From Paramecium tetraurelia (taxonomy: Eukaryota), in assembly GCA_000165425.1 (NCBI GenBank), contig CT868330.1, positions 1 to 64,000 on the forward strand: a stretch of DNA of 64,000 nucleotides, given 5' to 3'. The position numbers and the translations under genes were made by a program. Below are positions 12,761 to 25,241 of the stretch, piece by piece (the stretch's first letter is position 1; each line of letters begins with the position of its first letter). Below the pieces are notes generated by a model that worked only from the letters and a program-made list of their open reading frames with translations, was not told where the DNA came from and did not search any database.

Positions 12761-15180
12761 TTAATATGGTGAAATAAATCTTTTAATAGATCCATTACTT
12801 TTAAAACTTAAAGTGTATTTACATTTTAGTATCACACTTTAGTATAAATTCGCTTCTAATACTACATTATGTTAAAATAAGATTGCTTAACTTTCCTCAA
12901 TATTCAATTCCTGCATTTAATTATTTTATTTTATTCATATTTTCCATGATAACACTTGTATTTACTTTTTCTGAAATGAATTAACAATTATTAAGTGCTA
13001 AATTATTTAAAAGTGAATCTAATAAGGATTGGTTCTCTTATTATTTGAAAAATTATTAAATCATATATTCCAAATTTAAACTTAGCTTTACTATCCATAA
13101 TTCTTCTTATTGAAAAAATTCTATTTTAGCACTACACGAATTTTGCGATTTTAAATGTTTTATTAACTCCAATAATTTGACCTAAAAATAACTTGTTTTC
13201 CTCATTATATCTGTTACACTTAATAATTTCAGCATAAATTGACTCATTTCCTTTTTGGTCATTTAATTAGAAGAATTTACCTTAAAAGTAATCTTCTTCT
13301 TTGGTCAATAATGTTAAGATTCTTTATTCCTCTTATTTGGTTTATTTTTGTAAATTTATTCAATTAAAGAATTTAATTTATAAGTTTTTTTTTTACTTTA
13401 AAAAATCTCTTTTGTTTTAATAAGTTGTTTTTTTATTTCTATTGATTAAAAATTTTATGGAGAATCATATTTTCTAGTGTTCGAACAAAATACTTTATCA
13501 TCAAAAAAATAAAGTAAACCATAATCTTATAAATTAAATTTTTTTATTCAAATTTGATCTTTTTAATATCAATTCTTAGAAAACAATAAATTAAACTTAA
13601 TTAATAATAAATCATCAACTCCATTTTTAGTTAATTTTTCAATTAGTAGTCCAAAAGGTTGATTTGAAAATGAGACTCACAAAATATTTATTGTATTTTG
13701 ATTGAGAAAAATATCTTCTAATTTAAGATTTAAATTAATTAGGAGTTTTACAAACATTTTTCTGAGCTTAATGAATCAAAAGCCTAAGTATAACTTATTT
13801 TTATATATTTAAATAAACACAATTCAATTGAAATTTATACAACTCTCTATTTCTGATTTAAATATTCATTCTGCTAAGGAAACATATTGCTTTGAATAAT
13901 AGGATTGATTAAAAATGCTAAAAATTACTTTTAGAAAATTTATTAACTTACAATAGTTGCTATTATATGAAAATGCTGTCCAAAATAATTAATGAAAAAA
14001 GATAAAAATTAGAATTGAGTGATTATATTGATATAAAGTTCTTACTATATTAGTGAAAATTAAGATTTGGATTTTAGATTTTCATTAATATGCCTGAATG
14101 AGATATCTTTGTTATGTCAATAATGATGAGAAATTTCATGTTTTACCTTTATAATATTATTGGAGTTTGAGAGATAAATTAAAAAGAGGTTTTAGTTCAA
14201 TCAGATACATAGAAACTTAAGGGCTAGTTAGATTTATTTGTAAAAAGGTAAATCATCCTAAATTAAGGGAAATTAAATAATTTTTATTCCTTCATATCCA
14301 ACATCTTTTGAGTTATTGTAAATAATATTTTAATTCTTAATTTTCTTTTTTTTTGGTCTTAAAAGGAAGTAATTTAGCTGTAAATTTTTTTGACCATTAT
14401 TAAAGCTTAAACTAAAGAATTTTTTACTATCAATATTAGAGATAACATATTTTAGTCTTTTGGATTTGGAAGAATTCTTTAAAAAGATAATACCTCAAGT
14501 TTTGAAAAAAGTAGCATATAAATTAATGAGAAAGCCTAGATAATCTAATGATAATGTAAATGTACAATTTTAATTAAAACTCATTATAGAAATTTTAAAC
14601 TGATATTTGATAGTCTTTATCCAAGAATTTGATATCTTTTATATTTAATTAAATAAAATGAAACTTCAAAAAATCTTTTGATTTGAGTTAGATTCATACC
14701 TAAGCACATGAAAAAAAGTTTTGAGAATTGAAACTACAACTTTTTAAGATACTTCAGATTTTAATAAAAAATAATATCTTGTATTTTGTTAAGACCATTA
14801 TTTAACTTGTTTTGATTCTTAGAAATATCTTAAGAAAATGAAGAGTATGAAAAAATTATCTGAAAAAATTACATATTATAAATATAAAACATACGAATTT
14901 AAAATAACGATTAAATTTAATTATTTCTCACTCTTCTTAAACTAAAGTAAAAATTTAAATTCCTAATTTATTATTGTTATTAAAATTCAAATATTTTGAG
15001 AATTAGATATTTAAATACTATTTGTAGAGTATTTGTTTTTGATTCAAAAGTTTATCGCCCTGTTCTACAAGCTGAGTGTTTAACGTATCCCTACCACCAG
15101 AATTTTGTAAAATACAGAGGAAACCTTCTCCCTATGGCCTAATTTCTAGTGGAATCCTTCTCCCTGTAAGCACGGGTTTG

Positions 15181-15262
15181 GGTAATACAATATTAGCATC
15201 TAGTAATTATGACCATTCTGTCCATTTATGGGATGGAAAAACAAGACAACGAACTCTTAGAT
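15181..15262 (+). pseudogene. Isolated WD40 repeat remnant
   Basis: GNTILASSNYDHSVHLWDGKTRQ matches the LASGS.D.S..LWD.KT type of WD40 unit, with no flanking intact gene. Confidence 0.6.
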
Positions 15263-15459
15263 AATTGTTATACTATAATTCATCTTAATTTAAACTGATG
15301 ATCTTTCCAAAATAGAGATAGTATTCTTAATTTTTTCTCAAATTTTTAGATTAAACATTAAATAATATAGTCAGTTAAGCCTTTCTGTATTCAGAAATTT
15401 CCTTGGATTATTACATAAAATATAAAGTTGTTTGAGCAGACTTTAATTATTTATATTTT

Positions 15460-16497
15460 ATGATTTTTAACTATTATTCTAAACTCAAGTAACTATTATA
15501 ATAAGACAATCATGACTTGGATTTGGCTACAAATGATTAATTTATACGAATAATTCCTAATGAAAAGAAATGGGAAAACGATTAATGGAAGGAGTATATA
15601 TAAAATGTTGACTTCTAATATATGGATAGAAACTAAGTGTTAAGTTAATTAAAAAAGAATTTCGACCCATCTCTAAGATCAATTATATATCCTTGGATTG
15701 CAAATAAAACAGTACCTTCCCCAATAGATTATAAGTTGTTTGCTTAAAATCCATGTGCTTAAGATAACATCATCTTTAGGGATATTGAAAGAACTCACTC
15801 CCATTTATAGTTTTATAAAAGTAAAAGAAAATCAAGTAAAAAGCATGTTTAAAGGGCTTCTTAATAATTAGACAGCGTAAAATCAATAATTGATGAAAAA
15901 CTATTAAATGACTTTTTTTCTTTAAATTAAAGAAGATTATTTTATTTATTGAGAGCATATGCTAATTAAGACCCAAGTATTGGATATGTTTAAGGAATGA
16001 ATTATATTATGGGACTTTTACTCTTTTTATTGGATGATAGCAACAGCTTATTTTCTGGAGAGATGAAAGCTTATTAAATGTTTTTATTTATCAATGTTAA
16101 AATGAATTGGTCATAAACATACAATAAATCAATGAAAAAGTTAAAATCGATGGTTTAACATGTTGAGGTATTATTACAATAGAATCTTCCAGATGTTTAT
16201 AAAGTAATTTGTAATTTAGATTAACCATTTATATTTTTTATGGATTAATACTTTTTTGGATTGATGAGTTACAAAACTCCTTTAGAATTTTCAGCAAAAA
16301 TTTTAGATATCTTCATAATATAAGGTGAATAAATTATATTTGATGTGTTATTGAGGGTGTTTACATTAAATAGAAATGAAATCAAATAATTATATGACAA
16401 AGATGAATAAACTCAATTTATTAAGGAAATACTTCCTATGAGTATTGAAAAATTTGGAATTTAAGCCTTAATTCCAAATTCTGAAATAATAATCTGA
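15460..16497 (+). CDS. TBC-domain Rab GTPase-activating protein
   Basis: Single ORF of 346 codons in code 6, with R-finger IFRDIERT and Q-finger LLRAYANQDPSIGYVQGMNYI. The catalytic Gln is encoded by TAA. Confidence 0.9.
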
Positions 16498-17051
16498 AGA
16501 CTTGAAAAATAGAATTTCATTCTAGTTGTGACAATGAAATTTTCAACTAAATCTGCATTGTACAATTTTAGTAACATTATTTATTCTAAATAAATCTTAA
16601 TCTAAATTCCTTTTTTCAAATCCAACAAATACTGAATCTTCTCTTGAATAAATTACTAAATGCTTCTTCATATTAAAATAGCCATTTCGCAATTATTTTT
16701 CCAAAATCTTTTTGATCAAGTTTTCAATTAAAATTAATTATAATAACATTTTACTATCTCTAAAAGGATTAGTAAAATTGTAGGAAATGATTTAATTTTT
16801 GAAAAGGTTAAATAACTATTATATTTTCTTATGTTAGTGATGGAGTAGTAAATATTATTTAGAAATATATATGTTATTTAGGAGATGAGAAATTTTAGCC
16901 AAAAATAGATAAAGATCATCAGAAATACCCATTATAACATTTATCAATATAGAATTACTTAAAGAGCTTTGTGAAAATATTCTAGTTTATCAGTTGCTCT
17001 TGTTTATTCTTATTTATTATAATCGAATGAATAGGTATTTTTTATTTTATA

Positions 17052-17736
17052 TCATCTGTTCATTCTTTGCATTTGTAAAAGCAGTTGAGGATTTTTTACC
17101 TTAACAACATCATTAATCTAAAAATGATAATCACTACAAAATCATTACATCCTTAAGTTTATTTTCCATCTAAGATAGCCTTTGTTTGACTTTTTAATAT
17201 TTTTTTGTTATTGCCATACGAATAGCATCTTCAGGCAAAGAGAAAAATTAGAATTGAATTAATTCAACATTTTTGTATTCTGTATGTTAAATTATTTCAA
17301 TAACAGCATCGCCTTCTTAAGTAATTCTTAGCACTGCACTGTATTTATTGGGGTCTTTGTGAGCCTTATCTAGACACTTAATACAAATTGCAGGATAATC
17401 AATAAATGATGCTGTCAATTGCTATCCATCTTTAATTTTTAAAAATGCTGCTTCATTTATGCTAAATGTTATTCAATAAATTTACTCATGAATGAAATGA
17501 AAAAATAGATCATTTTCACAACTTAATTCAATTTTCATTCTCTCAAGTATCTGCTCACTTCCTAAAATAAATACTCTCACATTTAGAGTTTCTTATGTTT
17601 ATTATTAATCTCCTTCATCTACTATGATTTAACATACTATTTCTTATTCATAAATCAGAGTATAACCCTCAGGATCTGTCTCTTCTTAAGTTTCTTGATA
17701 ATTTAGAGTTACCTTTGAGGGAGTATTTTTTAACAT
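17052..17736 (-). CDS. SAS-6-like protein (SAS-6 N-terminal head domain, short tail; SAS6L type)
   Basis: MLKNTPSK...RMKIELSCENDLFFHFIH..INEAAFLKIKDGQQLTASFIDYP...IIQHTEYKNVELIQF...VVKVKNPQLLLQMQRMNR*, with two tiny introns. Confidence 0.8.
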
Positions 17737-18092
17737 TTTTATTTGAATTTATATGTTATTATTTATACGAATTACTTTTCATGATAATAAAAATACACAC
17801 CTTATTACAAAAAGAAAGCAAATATAGTGAGTACTTCATCTCTAAGGCTTTAGCATTTTAATTAAAGAATTATTTATAGGTTAAATTCACTTAATTAGTG
17901 TGATTCTCCTTTTCTGTAATCTCAATCAAACAAACTCTATTTTATCCTTAACTAGTTTCCGAATCAATAAAATACCTAGTCAAGAGCAAAACAATAACTG
18001 ATTTGTACAATAAGTTTTTCTTCTAAAATTATCAATGTTGAGTCATTTATTGGATTATTAAAATTAAAAATTTTCAAATTCTATTACTCTTC

Positions 18093-18959
18093 ATGAAAGC
18101 AGAAACAATTTTAGGTTACGATATTGGAGACATCAGATATATTACGAATTGTTCCTCTAAAATTAAATTACACCCTTAGGAATACTTTGCACATATACAT
18201 GCTTGCCAAATATGCAAAGAGAGTTCCCCATTTATAAGCGAGTTTAAGAATCTAACAGATATTGAAAATTATTCCTATTTTGATTTACTTGGACTAAAAT
18301 CAATGTCAGAAATCATGATCGATGAAATCAATTAAAAAAACTAATTAAATTAGGAATTTTATAGTGAGGAATATGAAGAATTTTTATTAAACTTTGATCC
18401 TTTTAGTTGCTCTGACTGTAATTCAAGCTAAGTTACCTAAAATTAAATAGGCATCAAATAGCATCTAAAGGCTTGCAAAGACTTTCGAGAAAACTCACCT
18501 TTTTAATAATAATTGCAGAATATCAATCTCAACAATTATTGGGATATTCACAAAAAAGCCTTTACACTTGATATTCTTTATATTATTAATTGGGTTACAA
18601 TACTCATCATTAAAAAACTTGTAAATTTTAAATTAAATTATATAGCTTCGAGAATTTGACAGAAAAAATCATTAGAATTAATAAGGAAGAGGATATAAAT
18701 GTGGGAAATGCGAATAATTTAAAGGTATGCATTGTTGGTATTTGAAGATATCTTGATTAAACATGACGTCTGTAATTTACATGCTTGTACAAATTGTTAT
18801 GAAACACACATTAGAAAACAAATAGAAGAAAATTGCTTAGAAATTAAATGTTTTAATTGTACACATAAGCTTTCAACACAATTGATTTAAGTAAACATAT
18901 TTTTATATTTTCAGAAAATCTTAGACAATAAATCACACCACAAAATGTCAAATAATTGA
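18093..18959 (+). CDS. Zinc-finger/RING (C3HC4, RBR RING1-like) protein
   Basis: N-terminal H-x-x-x-C-x-x-C knuckles (HIHACQIC, HLKACKD). After the 23-nt intron 18725-18747 the frame reads CGKCEQFKDILIKHDVCNLHACTNC...IKCFNC. TGA at 18957-18959. Confidence 0.7.
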
Positions 18960-19725
18960 TGCCTTCAGACTTTAAATATTATAGAGAGTTTTAAATAATT
19001 ATATTTTTTGAAATCTTTCTTTATTGATAAGTTAAATTGATTTCTTGAAATTCCTAGATTTGTCATAAGATTTTCCTAAGAAAACCTGCATTTTTATTAG
19101 ACATATTTATTATCTTCCAAAAAAGTTACTTTAATTTCTACTTTAAATACTGATCTTGGAGAATTCCTTTAAAAGTAAAGAATATAATTTTTTGAATTTT
19201 TTCATGAATTATTATCCCATTATCAATTAAATTTCATGAAGTATGTATATTATTGGGAAATTTTATTTAAATGCTCGAATAATATGGAGGTTAGAGATTA
19301 AATATAAAAAATGCTCTTTAATTTCATTTGCTTTTTTTAATTTAAATCCAAAATAATATTCTCATCAAATATTTTTTTTTTTTAATAAATTCTAAATTAA
19401 AAGCGCATTAATTAATACTCAGATCAAAAATTTTGTTCTCCTTTTACCAAGAAACCTTACCTTTAAATTTTAGAATTATAATTATATTATCGCACCACAG
19501 TGTTAATTTTTCTCTAAAATTTATCAGTCTTCTCTACCTTCTGAGTAATAACTATTAGAAAGAAAGCTAAGAGTGAAGGTAAATACGTTAATGATGTGAT
19601 ATAAAAAGATATAATTTTGTTATGATCTCATTAGTCATTATAATCGATTCTTTATTGAATTTTAGTATTAAATTGCAAATTTTATTATTTTAATTATAAC
19701 TAAAATCAAATAAATTATTCTTACA

Positions 19726-20703
19726 TGATTAATCCTTTAAGAATAATAGCTTGTACAAATAAGACTAATGTTAGATAAGCGTCAAATTTATAAAAAACCT
19801 GATCAATTTGAATATGATTATTGTAAAGAACATGAATCTAAAATATTATTCTCCAATTGGATATCTTCTTTTAATAAATTTATATTCTGAAAATTACATA
19901 TCAGAATCAGAAATTTTGTTCTTCTGCTTTGTTTATAGAAACAATGTTTTATAGCTATTATTTCAACCTAGTCTAAAAAACAATAAAATAATATAATAAA
20001 ATTGTTTATTATATTTAATTATTATAAATTCTAAATGTTAACCAGTCATTGTTGGAACTTCAAAAATAAATTATAAATTCTTATTATTTTATTGGTAGGA
20101 GTCTTAAATATTTTGTCACAGACTTTTTCTCTAATCCAAACAATTTACATTAAGAAAAGATAGCGAAAAACATGTCTTAATGTTTCAATTTCTTTTTCTT
20201 CAATATCCTCTTCCATAACTACTCAATATAATATAACTGTATCCTTATTTTATAAAATAAATAGAAGTTTTTATTATCTTTGGATGACAATTTCTTTTAT
20301 TGGCTTGTTAACAATTAATATGCTAGTATCAAATTCAGATACTTCTTTAATATGTTATAAACACTCATCTTCATCAATTGTAATATAATAATGTTAATTA
20401 AAATGATGTAAAGGAGAAGGGAAGAATTTTATATCACTTTAATGTTTATAGAAATATTTGAAGGATAGACTTGTACTGAAAGATTAGGATGAATAAATTA
20501 ACAATATCATGTCATGTCGACCAAAAGTAAGAATAAATTTACAAATATTTAAATCAATAATTCTTAGACAAAAATTAGCTTTAGGAATAATTAAATTTAA
20601 TTTTATATAAGAAAAAAATAAATTTTCAAAATTATTTGTATTAAAAATGGCAATTTAAGAAGTTTGAACTAGATTTCCAACTTATCCAAAAGACCTTAGA
20701 TGA
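19726..20703 (+). CDS. Hypothetical protein
   Basis: Long code-6 open frame ending ...PTYPKDLR-TGA. Start and introns are uncertain and I recognise no motif. Confidence 0.35.
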
Positions 20704-20803
20704 ATGCTTTAAGTGTTTAAGTTTGAGCTTCAATAACAGAATTTAGATCAACTAATTGAAGATCATTTATACATAAAAATGTATTAATATTTAAAAAAAT
20801 ACT

Positions 20804-21816
20804 TCATAAGAAATATGGAAGAACATTTTTAGGATTTGTACTTTTCGCACTCTCTGGTACTTCCTTGAATGTTTTCCATGTTTATTACAGTTAGTCATCT
20901 AAGCATAAAATCGAAGCTATATTTCCACATCTGTAACAATAATTAGGAGCAGACCACACAGTTACTAAATTTTAGTCCTAAGATTAATGTGGAAATCATA
21001 CAGGGAACCAGTATTTATATCCTTCCATAACTAATTGATGTGCTCTACATATTAAAGTCAAATCATTAAGTCTACAAAATTCCTTTGTTACTTTAGCGCC
21101 AAACAAATATCCTGCACCTCTGGAATTAACAGCCCAATATTCTACTTCTTCAGGATCTGACCACATCAAATCACAAAATGGACCTTCATGTGGAATTTCA
21201 ATCTAAAAGTTTTTGAATTTCTATTACTTTTCTATCTATCGTTCTGATCTAATCTATTGTCCTCATATCTGGAGACAATCCACCATGCACGCAGAGTATT
21301 TAACCTTCAATTAAAGCAGCTAATGGTAAGCAATCAAAAACTTCCATAAACAATCTCCAAGGACTGCTATTCCCATATTTTCTTAACAACTCTTCATAAA
21401 ATCCGTAAACCTAAGTGCACTGTCTGGATTCGTGATTTCCTCTCAACAGAACGATGTTACCAGGATATTTCACTATTAATCTTACTTTCAATTCATACCT
21501 TTCAAACAAAGTAAATACTCCATGGTTTCCACACTATTATATCCTCGATCAACGAAATCACCAATAAAAATATAATTATGCTCTGGAATATCTCCTCCTT
21601 CTTTAATTAATGCTTGCAAATCATAAAATTGACCTACAAAATAAGCAATAGTAGCATACCATGAATATCACCACAAACATTCACTGGGGCCTTCACTGGC
21701 TACACATTTGACTCCTCTAAGAAGATTTCCTTTGCTCTTTCGCAAATCAACTTTAAATCTCTTTCTGGAAGGCATCCTCCTGAAAGTAATGATGCAATAT
21801 GACGATCGATGTCCAT
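20804..21816 (-). CDS. PPP-family Ser/Thr phosphatase catalytic subunit, PP6 (Sit4)-like
   Basis: MDIDRHIA...[79 protein letters not shown]-terminal PYFL*. Several tiny introns. PP6 is favoured over PP4 from memory of the motifs. Confidence 0.92.
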
Positions 21817-22039
21817 TAATTAAAGATTTACTTTATAATTTTTATTAAGATAAATAGCAAATAATTTGGCAAGCATAATTAAATCTCAATCTTACAATAA
21901 TAGATTCAAAATAAGAAGAGTCTAAATGGTTCAGAAATCATAAACAAAATAGCACCAATAAAAAGAAAGTAAATTGCTTCGGAAAATTAGAAAGAGGAAT
22001 AAGAAATTATTTAAAATTAATAATTTCAAAGATTTGAAT

Positions 22040-23257
22040 TCATTCAACTCCATATAATTACTTCGATATCCTATTGCACTCTTATAGAATTTCGTTTTCA
22101 TCAAGCCATTAATTTTTGTTGATATAAGCCAGTCCAATTTAGTAAACCTAATCTCTTTAAAATAACTAATAGAATAATAGAAATTATATCAAAACATACT
22201 TTATATTCCATCAAGGTTTGATAAATTTTTCGTTTAATGTCATTCATCTTTTCATTGGGTCTCACCAAAGGAATAACAACATTGGTTGTCGATTTTGTCT
22301 TCTTATCCATAATCGTAGAATGAGGTGATTAGATCTGATTATCATTTGGAAGTTTTTGTGTTTCAGTGTAAATAAAAAAATCATCATCTTGAATTTCTTC
22401 AGATAACGGAATATCAGCATGATCATATGGAAGATCTTGCTAGTTTCTTTTTGAGGCAGTTTAGTATTTTTAAAGGCTTTGATCAAATGAAAAAACATTA
22501 GTTAAAATTGTATCCCCTTTACTTTATTTTGATTTACTAAAAGCTGAATCTGGTCTTTTTTTCGCTCAAATTAACTCAATAGAAAATATACTTCCATTCA
22601 TATTCTAAAGGATGAGTTGATTTCTCTTCCCATTCCCTTTTGCTAATTCTAGAGTTTTCCTTAATGGAAGAGGCAACACTGTGCATACGCGAGTTAGATT
22701 TGATTCTTTATATATTTTTTTGGGTTCTTGTTGTGATCTCTTATATATTATTTTCCAGAGCTCTGATGTTATTAAAATGATTCTTAAGTTAAGGTATTCT
22801 TATACTTATTCTTAGATAAACTGGGACACTTTATTTTTCCTCTTTAAAGCCTCTTTCATTTTAAAGGTCTTTGGCATTTTAGAATCTGAATAGCCTGATT
22901 TTAAGGCTTAGACCCTACGATAAGTTTCATTTATTTCTGTAAAATCTTGCTTTTCTTCTAGGATAGTTATGATAATAATAAAAACTGATGGAAAAAGGTT
23001 TGTTTGCATCAACATGCGGATGGGGCGCTTTTATTACAACTCGAGGCCTGGTGTTAATCAGAGCAATTAGATGCTTTTCTTGTAAAGTTTCAATTTGTTA
23101 TTTGCCACCTTAATTACAACTGTTTGGGTTAAATTATTTTCTTATCATAATAAATTAAAATATTGAATGAATATAATCATCAAAATCTGTAAAAAATAAG
23201 CTTAACTTAGTTGAATGATTGTTCATCTATAATGTAAATGGAATCTAAATACAACAT
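22040..23257 (-). CDS. Hypothetical protein
   Basis: Code-6 open frames with small introns, ending RDQVYQIGLAYINKNQWLDENEILQECNRISKQLYGVE*. Start is uncertain. Confidence 0.5.
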
Positions 23258-24184
23258 AATATTAAATAATACATAAATGTCATGAATTTAGAAAAAGATA
23301 TATAATAATGCTAGCTATTTTAACTGACTATAAATATAATAAAACAATCTATTTTAGCAAGATTAAAACCAATAAGTTGGAACTTTATTTAAAATTAGTT
23401 GGATTAAAGCATAAAGCTTACAAATTGATTAGCATAATTCGCCATAGAAACAAAAATAATTGATATTACTTTTAAAATGATAAAAGTAATAATAATAATT
23501 AATGTTTGATACTAATTTTATCAAAATGCGTATTTTATAATTAAATAGGATTTATGATCAGTAATATAAACCTCTTTTTAAATTCTATTTCATTCTTATA
23601 TGAACTTAAAGAAATTCGAGTATAAAAAGCAAAAAATAAAAGCCCATTTGTTCTGATTAGATAAAGCCTTATAAGAAACTATTGTCAGAAAATTATAATC
23701 TACTAATGAATAACAATAAAACATAAGCTGTTATATTAGTTAAGTTTAAAAAGTTAATTGAATTCCTTCAAATTTGTAAAACTAAAACAATAGGCAGATT
23801 CTTAAGTAAAAATATATACAAAGGGATGCAACTAAAATAAAGATTAGAAAACTAAAATAATACAATATATTGATTAAGAAAAAAGGTATTTTTCCATAAT
23901 ATAAGTTTAATTTCTATATTTCATTATTATAGAAGACTTATAATAAGTCTAAATTTAAGAAAAGTCAATAGTTTTTTATTAATAAGATCACTTAATAATC
24001 TTAATTAGCCTTTTAGTAAGTATTGCTAGAAAATAAAACCAAAGTTACGCTAAAAATATAGAGGAGTATAAATATTAGGATCCAGTTGTGAGTCCTAATT
24101 TGAATAAAAATTATATAAATAGGTTTAGAATTTTAGCAAAAATATTTAATTATATATTTTCAATAATTATCAAAAAATTTTATT

Positions 24185-24723
24185 ATGAATTTAACTGAGG
24201 AAGACATCGATATGTGTTAAAGAGCATTTGCTGAAATGGATGAAGTAAATTCAATATTTTATTTAGGATGGTGTTGGAGCCATTAGAGGTCAGGATTTAA
24301 AAATTGCTTTAGAAAAAATCGGTTTCAAACCATCAGAAAATGAACTCTACAAAATCATAAGCGAAGTGGAAGAAACAAATACAGGACTCATTAGATTTAG
24401 TGATTTCTTAGGAGTGTATTGGAAATTTAAATATTCCAACTAAGATGGTAAGTGTTATTATCTTCATCATTTTAGATGATGACTAAGACACAATTGATGC
24501 TTTTGTAGCCATGGGAGGAAACCCGGATAAAACAGGATCAGTATCAATTTTTAGTTATCAATAGATAAGTACAGATAAACTAGTATAAATTATTAAATCT
24601 GAATTCGAGTTAACAATTGATATAGAAAGTCTCATCAGAGATGTCGATAAGGACAATTCAGGCCTAATCGAATTTGGAGAATTTAAAGATCTATTAAAAA
24701 CTTCATACGCTAATGATGAATGA
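24185..24723 (+). CDS. Calmodulin-like EF-hand protein, outer-arm dynein 18-kDa light chain (LC4)-like
   Basis: MNLTEEDIDMCQRAFAEMDEDGVGAI...DTIDAFVAMGGNPDKTGSISTDKL...EFELTIDIESLIRDVDKDNSGLIEFGEF, with three tiny introns. Confidence 0.88.
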
Positions 24724-25241
24724 CACCTTAATTGTTAAATTATTATTAAATATTTTTCATCTTATATCACCCATCTTTGAAATGTATTAGAAATATTCCA
24801 AAATGGAATTCCTTGAAGTATAATTCATAGAAATCACATCGATTTAGCAGTATCCCCATTATGATCAGCTTGGATTTGCATAAGATGACCCAACAAAAAT
24901 TACTTTATACTAAAAATTGAAGTTACTCGAAATTTCAATTCTGTAATTGTCCTTTGTTTTTATATACCCTTAATCATGGTAAACGTTGGAAAAAATCTAT
25001 ATAAGTTTAATCGCAATAGCAGCCAAATTTTAGAATTTCGAAATTTTTGATCTTCTAAATCTCAAATTTTGAAAAGTGTAATTTTATTACATTATCATAA
25101 TAATATATTACATATTTCTTAGAGTGGAAATTAGATTGAAAAAATAGAATAGATTTGTCATCTGCAATAACTTTAAATGTCAATATCTTTATAAATATCT
25201 ATAGATATATAAATTTAACATTTAAATTTATCACAAAGTTT

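Noticed and set aside
15821..15935. Apparent long intron or snoRNA-like insert (TGATGA) in the TBC gene
   Set aside because: The frame is open straight through and there is no CTGA box D, so it is simply a coding loop.
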